Source of the DNA: Desulfobacterales bacterium | GTDB lineage: Bacteria; Desulfobacterota; Desulfobacteria; Desulfobacterales; UBA5852 | Assembly (NCBI GenBank): GCA_963674755.2 | Contig: CAXXVS010000003.1 | Location: 256,001-320,000, forward strand | Length of the DNA stretch: 64,000 nt | Direction: 5' to 3' | Shown: positions 18,744-26,840 of the stretch, piece after piece | Numbering within the stretch: position 1 is the stretch's first letter | Layout of the letters: every line of letters begins with the position of its first letter | Made by a program: the position numbers and the translations under genes | Notes under the pieces: generated by a model | What the model saw: the letters and a program-made list of their open reading frames with translations, nothing else | What the model was told of the DNA's origin: nothing | Database searches by the model: none

Positions 18744-21527
18744 CTAGGCCTGCGCTTCGAGCTTTTTCACACGCACCGCGCAGGCCTTGTATTCCGCCGT
18801 CAGGGTGACCGGGTCGAAGGCCGCATTGGTCAGCCAGTTGGCATTGGCCTCCCGGAAGTGAAAGGCCATCCAGACCATCCCCCGGGGGACGCGCTCCGTA
18901 ACATGGGCTTTGACCTGCACTTCGCCGCGCCGCGATTTGACGCAAACGGTTTCTCCCTGACCGATTCCAAGGGCCGACGCATCCAGGGGTGACATGTCCA
19001 CCGTCTCCTCCCCCAAGATGTCGTTCATACCCTCGCAGCGCCCGGTTTGGGTACGGGTGTGGTAATGGGCCAGCCGGCGCCCGGTGCTGAGCACCAGGGG
19101 ATAGTCCTCGCAGACCACTTCGGCCGGAGGGGTCCACTCCGCAGGGTTGAATACGCCCAATCCGCAGGTGAAATCCCCATCCTTGTGCAGAAAGCAGGTG
19201 CCCGGGTGGTTTTCGTCCGGGCAGGGCCACTGTAAACCATCGCCTTCCAGTCGCGCGTATTTGATCCCGCACAATTGGGGTGCCAGGACCGCAATCTCAT
19301 TGTCCCAGAGTTCCTGGGCGCTGTCCGAGGCCCAAGCATGTCCCAGCCGTTTGGCAACCTCCTTGAAAATCCACCAGTTGGGTCTGGACAGGCCGGGGGC
19401 CGCACTGGCCGTGCGCACCCGGCTGACCCGGCGTTCGCTGTTGGTGAAGGTGCCCTCGTTCTCGCTCCAGGCCGCGGCCGGCAGGATCACGTGAGCGAAC
19501 CGTGTGGTCTCGTTGGGGAAGATATCCTGGCAGACCAGGAATTCGGCCGAGGCCAGCTCGTGCTCCACCTTGTGGATGTCGGGCTCGGTATTGGCCATGT
19601 TCTCACCGAAAATGTAAAAGGCCCGCACGGATTTATCCACCAGCCCTTCCATCATCTGGGGAATCATCAGTCCATTTTGGTCGGGCAGCCGTTCCACACC
19701 CCAGGCGGCGGCAAACTTCTCCCGGGCCTCGGGTTTGGTGACCGGCTGATAACCGGGATAGACGTTGGGCAGGGCCCCCATGTCGCAGGCCCCCTGGACG
19801 TTGTTCTGGCCGCGCAGGGGGTTCACCCCGCCGCATTCCACCCCCATGTTGCCCAGCAGCATCTGAAGATTGGCTACGGACAGAACGTTGTTGCGACCGC
19901 AGGTATGCTCGGTGATCCCCAGAGTATAACAGAGCATCATGGGCTGGACCGAGCTGATGCGCCGGGCCGTCTCCCGAATCAGATCCGCCCCGATGCCGCA
20001 GATGGGAGCCGCCTTTTCCGGCGGGTAGGCCTGCACCTTTTCCTTGAGCTCTTCAAAGCCCACGGTGCAGGAGTTAACGAACTTCAGATCATAAAGCTCT
20101 TCCTCGATCAGCACTTGCATGACGCTGTTCAAGAACGCAATGTCCGACCCCACCCGCAGGGGCACGTGCAGTTCGGCGTGGTCCACCAGGGCGTGCCGCC
20201 GGGGATCCACCACAATCAGCCGCGCGCCGTCGGCCACCGCGTTCTTGACGAAGGTGGACGCCACGGGATGGGCTTCCGTCATGTTGGAGCCGATCACCAT
20301 AATCATCTTGGCCCGGGCGAATTCGTTGAACGAATTCGTCATGGCCCCGCTACCAAATGCTGCCGCCAGACCGGCGACGGTGGGCGCATGTCAGGTACGC
20401 GCGCAATGATCGATATTGTTCGTACCGATCGCTGCGCGAAACAATTTCTGCATCTGGTAGGAGTCTTCGTTGATGCTGCGGGCACAGCTGACCCCGGCGA
20501 TGGCGTCGGGGCCGCTTTCCGCGATAATGGTTTTGAAACGATCCGCCACGAGGTCCAGGGCTTCCTCCCAGGAGGCCTCGCGAAAGTCGTCCCCCTCACG
20601 GATGAGCGGGGTCTTCAGGCGGTCTTCGGAATAGATGAAATCATAGCCGAAACGCCCCTTGACACACAGCCGGCCTTGGTTGGGCTCGGCATCCTCCACC
20701 CCGGTGACCTTAACGATGCGCCCGTCCTGGACGTGCAGCCACTGCTGACAGCCCACCCCGCAATAGGGGCAGGTGGAACGGACCTTCTCGTCTTTCCAGG
20801 GCCGCCAGGTGTAACGGGCCTTCTTCTCCACCAGAGCCCCCACCGGGCAGGCCTGGACGCACTCCCCGCAGAAAACGCAGTCCGATGCCGCCAGGGGGCG
20901 GTCGCCGGCCGCCACGATCTTGCTCTCCGATCCCCTGTAGCCGTAGCTGATGGCCCGGTTGACCTGCACCTCGTTGCAGGCCTGAACGCACCGGCCGCAG
21001 AGGATGCAGCGCGAAAAATCACGCACGATCATGGGATTGGCCAACTCGGGCGGCTCCCCGGTCTTGGCGGTGCGGGGGTAGCGGTCGCTGCGGGCCTGGT
21101 AAGCGTAGGCCAGCTCCTGGAGCTTGCAGTCACCCCAGACCGGACAGAGCTCGTCGGTCTGGTCGGCCTTCTGGACCTTCAGCTGGAACGCGGTCCAGTC
21201 ACCGTCGTCATCCGCGGGAACGGCACAATTGTGATTCCCGGAGGCCAGCAGCAGCTCCAAGATGGTGCGCCGGGCGGCAACCACCACCGGGGATTCCGTT
21301 TTCACCACCATTCCGGGCCCGGCCGGCGTGCTGCAGGCCGGCAGCAGTGTCCGGGCGCCCGTCACTTCCACCACGCAAACCCGGCAGGCGCCTGTCGGGG
21401 TGGTGCCTTTGAGATGGCACAGGGTCGGGATGGTAATGCCATGCTCTTCGGCCACTTCCAACAGGGTCTGCCCCCGCCTGAATGACAGGGATTGGCCGTT
21501 CATGATGAGGGTTTCCATTTCCGACAT
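18744..21527 (-). CDS. fdhA: Selenocysteine-containing formate dehydrogenase alpha subunit (927 aa; NuoG-like Fe-S N-terminus; no Tat signal)
   Basis: Track ORFs 20391..21527 and 18744..20342 are one frame joined by TGA at 20391-20393: [30 protein letters not shown]. Also LRGQNNVQG, 2Fe-2S 'IPTLCH..GACRVC..C', CILCGRC, CVFCGEC, CPYCGVGC. Confidence 0.95.
20362..20378 (-). promoter_or_regulatory. Bacterial SECIS element
   Basis: mRNA GUCGCC-GGUCU-GGCGGC hairpin starting 12 nt after the in-frame UGA; GGUCU apex as in the E. coli fdhF SECIS. Confidence 0.85.
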
Positions 21528-21563
21528 GGCGTTCTCCTTGAAGAGGTACGCGCTGCGCCGCCG

Positions 21564-23651
21564 TCAGGCCGCTGCTTTGCGTACCGTTACGTAGTGCTCC
21601 TGCATGGCCATGGCGCCGCCGGCCTTGTCCCATTTGTCCAACCCGCCGCCCATGAGCCGCTGTTCAGCCAGCCCTTTGCCGAAAGCCCGGCTTTCCACCG
21701 GCAGGGTGTGACCGAAGCCATGCAGCACGAAAACGGCTTCGGGATGAATCATCTCCGTCACTTTGACCGCAATGGTGCCGCTGGCACCATTGGCCGACAC
21801 CTGGGCCTGGTCGCCGTCGGCGAGCCCCAGCCCGACGGCGGCGGACGTATGCATCCAAAGCGTGTTTTCCGACACCTGTTCGGAAAGCAGCGGATTGTTG
21901 GCGGTATGGCCCTGGGTGTGGACCCCGCAACGGCCGAAGGTGATCCGGAATTGCCCTTCCGGCGGATGGGAGCCTTCATAGGGTTTGAGGGACGGCAGCC
22001 CCTGGGCCTCCCACTTGGGCGCGATGATCTCGACCTTGCCCGATTCGGTCTTCAGCCCCAGATCGCCGGGCTGCCGGTAGCGGGGGCCGTCGGCCAGGGA
22101 AACATAGCCCTTGGCATCGAAGTCTTCCCGGGTCACGCCGGTGCCCTTCAGTTGGTAGTCCCAGATGTCTTCAATGGAATCGAAGCCCAGGGCATCGAGC
22201 CCCAGACGCTTGGCCAGACCGCAAAAGATTTCCCAGTCGGCCCGGGTGTCGTAACGCGGGGTGACGGCCCGGCGACGCATGAAGAAATAGGGATTTAGCC
22301 CGTTTTTGCAGGCGATGATCGATTCCCGCTCCAGGTAGGGCGACAGGGGCAGCACCACGTCCGAGTACCAGGCCGTATCCGACCAGGTGAAGGTGACCGA
22401 CACCAGGAAGTCCAGCTTGTCCCAGATTTTTTTCAGGGCCTCCGGATCGGGGAAGCCCATCAGGGGATCGTGGCGGTAGGCGATATAGGCTTTCACCGGG
22501 TAAGGATCTTCCGTGCGGATGGCCTCGAAACCCAGGTGCAGCAAACCCGGGCCCTTGTCGAACTGGGGATGGCGCCAGCCCACGCCGTCGGCCCGCTTCT
22601 CATCAGGCGCCGGAAAGAGATCCACCAGCGCCTGCAGCCCTTTGCCCCCCACATCGGCCGGGGTGTTGGCCCGGGGCAAACCGCCCTTAGCGCCGACGGA
22701 GCCCAGCAGAGCGTTGATGATATAAATGGTGCGGGACATGTAAAAGGAGTCGTTGTAGCGGGCCGTCATCCAGCCCGGATGCCAGAGAACGGCGGGCTTG
22801 GCCGTAGCCAGCTCCCGAACGAAATTCACCAGTTCCTCAGCGGGCACCCCGGTTTCCTTCTGGGCCCAGTCCGGTGTGTAGGGTCCCACAAAGGCCCGCA
22901 GGGTATCGAGATCCTTGATATGGCGGGTAGCGAAGTCCGTATCGTACAGACCATGACTGAGCAAAACGTGAATCACGGCCAGGTTGAAGGCATAGTCCGA
23001 ACCGGGCCGGATCATGAAAAAGCGGGTGGCCTTGGTGGCCGAAACCGTGGCCCGGATGTCGATCACGGTCAATTTGCAGCCCTTCTCCAGCGCGCTCATG
23101 AGGTCATTGACCTCTTTGACGTTGATGGCCTCGAATAGGTTGCGGGTCTGGAGCACCACATGCCTGGCGTTTTTCAGGTCGTAGACCACGCCCTTGCGGC
23201 CAAAACCGAAAACAGACTGGGCCGCATGGTGGACGTTACGGGCACAGGAGGCGTCGTGGTTGGTCCAGTTGGGGGATCCCACGCCCCGCATGAAGGCCCG
23301 ATGCAGATCCCGAAACGGTCCGCCCCGGTCCGAGAACAGGATACTGCGGCCGCCGTGGGCATCGATCACCTTCTGCAATTTCTCGGCCGTGTAATCCAGC
23401 GCTTCATCCCAGCTGACTTCCTTCCACTTGCCTTCCCCCCGGGCCCCTTGACGAATCATGGGCGCCCGGGGACGTTCGGCATCTTCGATGAGGGCCTTGC
23501 CGGCCGCACCGCGTCCGCACAAAGCGCCTTCGACCCCCTTGACATGGGGGTTGCCCTGAATGAAGCACACCTGACCGTTTTCGGTCTCCACCTGAATCGG
23601 GCAGCGTACGGTGCACATGCCGCACACGCTGAACACTTTTTCTGTCGCCAT
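21564..23651 (-). CDS. Mo/W-bisPGD oxidoreductase catalytic subunit, thiosulfate/polysulfide reductase (PhsA/PsrA)-like, no Tat signal
   Basis: N-terminal CGMCTVRC...LCGRG [4Fe-4S] motif right after the start; 'WKEVSWDEAL'; Cys ligand in 'NHDASCARN'; 'SDTAWYSDVVLPLSPYLER'; GGAGGAGG RBS. Confidence 0.85.
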   Translation of the reverse strand: MATEKVFSVCGMCTVRCPIQVETENGQVCFIQGNPHVKGVEGALCGRGAAGKALIEDAERPRAPMIRQGARGEGKWKEVSWDEALDYTAEKLQKVIDAHGGRSILFSDRGGPFRDLHRAFMRGVGSPNWTNHDASCARNVHHAAQSVFGFGRKGVVYDLKNARHVVLQTRNLFEAINVKEVNDLMSALEKGCKLTVIDIRATVSATKATRFFMIRPGSDYAFNLAVIHVLLSHGLYDTDFATRHIKDLDTLRAFVGPYTPDWAQKETGVPAEELVNFVRELATAKPAVLWHPGWMTARYNDSFYMSRTIYIINALLGSVGAKGGLPRANTPADVGGKGLQALVDLFPAPDEKRADGVGWRHPQFDKGPGLLHLGFEAIRTEDPYPVKAYIAYRHDPLMGFPDPEALKKIWDKLDFLVSVTFTWSDTAWYSDVVLPLSPYLERESIIACKNGLNPYFFMRRRAVTPRYDTRADWEIFCGLAKRLGLDALGFDSIEDIWDYQLKGTGVTREDFDAKGYVSLADGPRYRQPGDLGLKTESGKVEIIAPKWEAQGLPSLKPYEGSHPPEGQFRITFGRCGVHTQGHTANNPLLSEQVSENTLWMHTSAAVGLGLADGDQAQVSANGASGTIAVKVTEMIHPEAVFVLHGFGHTLPVESRAFGKGLAEQRLMGGGLDKWDKAGGAMAMQEHYVTVRKAAA

Positions 23652-23724
23652 ATCGACCTCCTCCGTTCTGGGCCCGTGCCGCTGCAATACGGCCGCTGCC
23701 CTGATAGTTGATGATAGCGGAAAC

Positions 23725-25359
23725 CTATTTGCCAAAGCCGCACTTGGGAAACGTGCAGGTTTTGCACCCCAGGCAAAATCCGCCTTCGGCCAGCCGGGCC
23801 AAATCGCGGCGCGTTATATCGATACCGGCCAGCAGCCGGGGAAGCACCAGATCGAAGCTGGTGGCCTTGTGGTAGAGGGCGCAGGCCGGCACGCCGATGA
23901 CCTGAACGGCACCGATCTGTGCCAGCAGAAGCATGGCCCCGGGCAGGACCGGCGCGCCGTAACGCAGACGCGTGGCCCCGGCATCGAGCAGCCCCTGGCG
24001 GGTCACGTCATCCGGATCCACCGAAAGCCCTGCTGTCGTGACCAGCAAATCGATCTGGGACTGCTGCGCGGCAGCGACGGCGTCGGCAATGGCCGCCCGA
24101 TCGTCGGGAACAACGTCCTGCCACACCACCTGGCAATCCAGGCGCGCCACTTTGTTGCGGATGATGGGCGCAAACCCGTCGACAATCCGCTTTTCAAAAA
24201 CCTCGGTGCCGGTTACCAGGATACCCACCCGGGCCCGGCGCAGGGGCTTCACCCTGAACAGCGGACCGCCGCTCAACACCGCCATGGCCCGCGCAAACTG
24301 CCCTCTAGACAGATACAGGGGGATCGCCCGTGTGGCCGCCAGGGCGCGACCGGCCTGCACCACCGAAAAGCCCTGACGGGCGGCGCACATCACGCCTTCG
24401 ACCATATTGAAGGCTTCCAGCAGGACGCTGTCCACTACCAGCAGTCCGTCCTCACGAGCGGTAAAGGTGATCTTGCCCTCCCGGGGCGCGCCGTCGCAAG
24501 CAACCCCCTCGCCGGCCATGGCCGCTGCAAAAGCGCGCGCCGCATCGTCTTCATGGATCCAGTCCGATTCCGGCGGCGAATTCTCTTCCACATAGAGGTG
24601 GCGTTTTCCCATGCGCTGCAGCCGGCAAATGTCGCCGACTTCGATGACCTGGCCGCGGCGGAAGACCGGCCCTTTGGAGCGTCCCGGTTCCACTTGGGTT
24701 AAGTCATGCAGCAACGGCAGCCCCACGGCATGGTTCAGGGCCACTGTGTTCACCACCGGCGCCGACAGGCAAACGGCGTCTTCCTGGACGCAGGGCGTCT
24801 CATAGGGCGCTTCCCCCTGGCAGCCCCGGCAAATCGCCCCGTGCAAAGCAGGATAGCCTTCGCCGCAAATGGGGCAGGGTGTCATGGCCCCGCGGGAGGC
24901 TTTGCCCCGCAAGCGGGCTGGCACCGTTACGTGCTGGTAGCTGCAGACCGCGGCCCCGGCCGACTTCATTTCCGCCAGCAGACGCTCCTTGTCCTGGGCC
25001 TTTTTGGGTTTGCGCTTGTAATACCATTCCTCGACGGCGGGATAGGCGGCCAGTTTGGCTGTATCGACAAAGGCTCGCAGGCCCTGCCCGTTCTCCTTGT
25101 CGTAAAGGGTAACGGCATAACGGCCCAGATTGATGACCCGCAGCCATCCATTGCCCGCCGTGCAGGGGGTCAGCAGCTGAACCGCATCCGGCAGGCAGGC
25201 CGACGTTTCGCACAGGGCGTCGTGGAGCCGGTCCTTGGGGAGCTGCTTCTGGAGGGAGGCCACCATATAGCCCCCCAGCAGGATGCCGGGGGCAACGCTG
25301 CCGTGAAACGATTTCACCAGATCGAGAAAATCATCCAGTGTATAAGGTCCGATAACCAT
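23725..25359 (-). CDS. FmdE domain + zinc finger + MoeA-like molybdopterin-binding fusion protein
   Basis: 'SFHGSVAPGILLG..CETSACLPDAVQLLTPCTAGNG' (FmdE); CPICGE..CRGC; 'GILVTGTEV', 'TTAGLSVDPDDVT', 'YGAPVLPG'; terminal CLGCKTCTFPKC. Confidence 0.85.
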   Translation of the reverse strand: MVIGPYTLDDFLDLVKSFHGSVAPGILLGGYMVASLQKQLPKDRLHDALCETSACLPDAVQLLTPCTAGNGWLRVINLGRYAVTLYDKENGQGLRAFVDTAKLAAYPAVEEWYYKRKPKKAQDKERLLAEMKSAGAAVCSYQHVTVPARLRGKASRGAMTPCPICGEGYPALHGAICRGCQGEAPYETPCVQEDAVCLSAPVVNTVALNHAVGLPLLHDLTQVEPGRSKGPVFRRGQVIEVGDICRLQRMGKRHLYVEENSPPESDWIHEDDAARAFAAAMAGEGVACDGAPREGKITFTAREDGLLVVDSVLLEAFNMVEGVMCAARQGFSVVQAGRALAATRAIPLYLSRGQFARAMAVLSGGPLFRVKPLRRARVGILVTGTEVFEKRIVDGFAPIIRNKVARLDCQVVWQDVVPDDRAAIADAVAAAQQSQIDLLVTTAGLSVDPDDVTRQGLLDAGATRLRYGAPVLPGAMLLLAQIGAVQVIGVPACALYHKATSFDLVLPRLLAGIDITRRDLARLAEGGFCLGCKTCTFPKCGFGK

Positions 25360-25394
25360 TCGGGGTTCTTCCTTTCCAATAACCGACGGCGAAT

Positions 25395-26141
25395 TCAAAC
25401 AGCGACCTGTGCGGGAAGGACCGAGGACTTGTCCGCGGCGGTCGGCGCAGCTGGGTGGCCCCTCCTCCGATGTGCCACCAGAAAGGCGCTGTGATAGCCC
25501 GGATCACGGCAGGTCCGCGCGATATGGCGTCCCAGCAGACGGTAGGTCGCATCATTGAAACGGCATTGCCAGGTTGGCCGGGGGGCACCGCCGGTCGAGC
25601 CAAGCCGCATGGCATCGGCCACTTGGGACAGGCGATCTTGCAAAGCGCCCAGAAATGTCTCCGACAACCATCCGGAACCTTTCAGACGGTCCATAAAATC
25701 GGGCAGCAGGGCCGGTTCGACAATGCGGCTGATGGCATTGCGACGGAACCAGTCGGTGAACGCGGCAAACGATAAGTCGCCGGGGTTGAGCTGCTCGGAA
25801 AGCCCCCGGTGGCGGTCTTTCACGATCGGGCGATCGACTCCCCGCACATGGATCTCGATCCGCCGCGGATTGACCAGCAAATCCCCGGCGGCACCAATCT
25901 CGCCGCAATCGGCGTAATAACCGGCGCACAGCAGCGCCAGCTCGGCCAAACGAGCCATCATCAGCCAGTAACAAGCCGAATGGGGCGGCCCCAGGCGGCC
26001 CACCTTTTCGCGCCAGGCCGCAATCTGGTTTTCGTTGACCGTGTATGGCACCACCTGCTGATCGAGCAGGCGATTGAGGTCGCCGAAGGGCCGCACAGCG
26101 GGGCGAGCATCCATTTGGGGCGAAGCGAGCGATCCGTTCAT
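25395..26141 (-). CDS. Hypothetical protein
   Basis: 248-aa ORF co-oriented with and immediately upstream of the FmdE fusion; no family recognised; start uncertain. Confidence 0.6.
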   Translation of the reverse strand: MNGSLASPQMDARPAVRPFGDLNRLLDQQVVPYTVNENQIAAWREKVGRLGPPHSACYWLMMARLAELALLCAGYYADCGEIGAAGDLLVNPRRIEIHVRGVDRPIVKDRHRGLSEQLNPGDLSFAAFTDWFRRNAISRIVEPALLPDFMDRLKGSGWLSETFLGALQDRLSQVADAMRLGSTGGAPRPTWQCRFNDATYRLLGRHIARTCRDPGYHSAFLVAHRRRGHPAAPTAADKSSVLPAQVAV

Positions 26142-26296
26142 CTGGCCCTGATCCCGGGCGGGTTTTTCCGATGCGTTTCTGATATCAAGGAATACACAGG
26201 TTCATCCTTCGATCGGCCATGCGGCACACCGGCTTGGACGGACGCATAAGCATACCAAAAGCGATTTCCGTATTCGAAAATGTGATTAGCGCATTG

Positions 26297-26327
26297 CGCC
26301 ATATATGTCAATTTTGATATCGTTATA
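26297..26327. promoter_or_regulatory. Candidate operator of the ModE-type regulator
   Basis: AT-rich dyad ATGTCA-N4-TGATAT (26305-26320) within CGCCATATA...ATATCG, plus ATCGTTATA. It resembles the ModE box, but the spacing is 2 nt longer than the E. coli consensus. Confidence 0.35.
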
Positions 26328-26455
26328 AAAGGTCGTTGGGGGTCCGTTGCGGTTCGTTTTTTCCAAGATCGTAATTGGATTCGACCAGGACGAACCTATA
26401 AGACGATTGTCTGAAAGAGGGGCTTTTGATAGAGGGAATTAAGATTGGAGGCGGT

Positions 26456-26812
26456 ATGACGGCCACGGATAAAACGATCGATTATTGCATTCGCTCCAAA
26501 CTCTGGATTGAAGATGCCGCGGGCCAGGTGGTCTTCGGCTTGGGGCGCTATCGCATCCTGGATGCCATCGACCGCCTGGGATCGCTGCAGGCGGCCGCTA
26601 AAGATCTGCACATGAGCTACCGGGCGGTCTGGTGCCGCATTAAGGCCTCCGAGGACCGCATCGGCAGGCCTCTCGTGATGCGCGCGGGTCGCGGGTCGCG
26701 CTTGACGCCCCTGGCCTTAAAACTGATGAAACAGTATCGGCGCATCCAAACGGTGGTGGAGAAGGAATCGGATGACGTCTACGACGATCTGATGTCCGAC
26801 CATCTCACCTGA
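26456..26812 (+). CDS. modE: ModE-family transcriptional regulator, winged-helix domain only (no MOP/TOBE domain)
   Basis: 'IRSKLWIE..FGLGRYRILDAIDRLGSLQAAAKDLHMSYRAVW..GSRLTP'; GGAGG RBS. Confidence 0.88.
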   Translation: MTATDKTIDYCIRSKLWIEDAAGQVVFGLGRYRILDAIDRLGSLQAAAKDLHMSYRAVWCRIKASEDRIGRPLVMRAGRGSRLTPLALKLMKQYRRIQTVVEKESDDVYDDLMSDHLT

Positions 26813-26840
26813 CACCGGAGGGCTCAGGCGCCCCGTCCCA

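Noticed and set aside
20339..20393. FDH as a nonsense pseudogene or two separate genes
   Set aside because: The TGA is at the catalytic Sec position, in frame, and followed by a SECIS hairpin.
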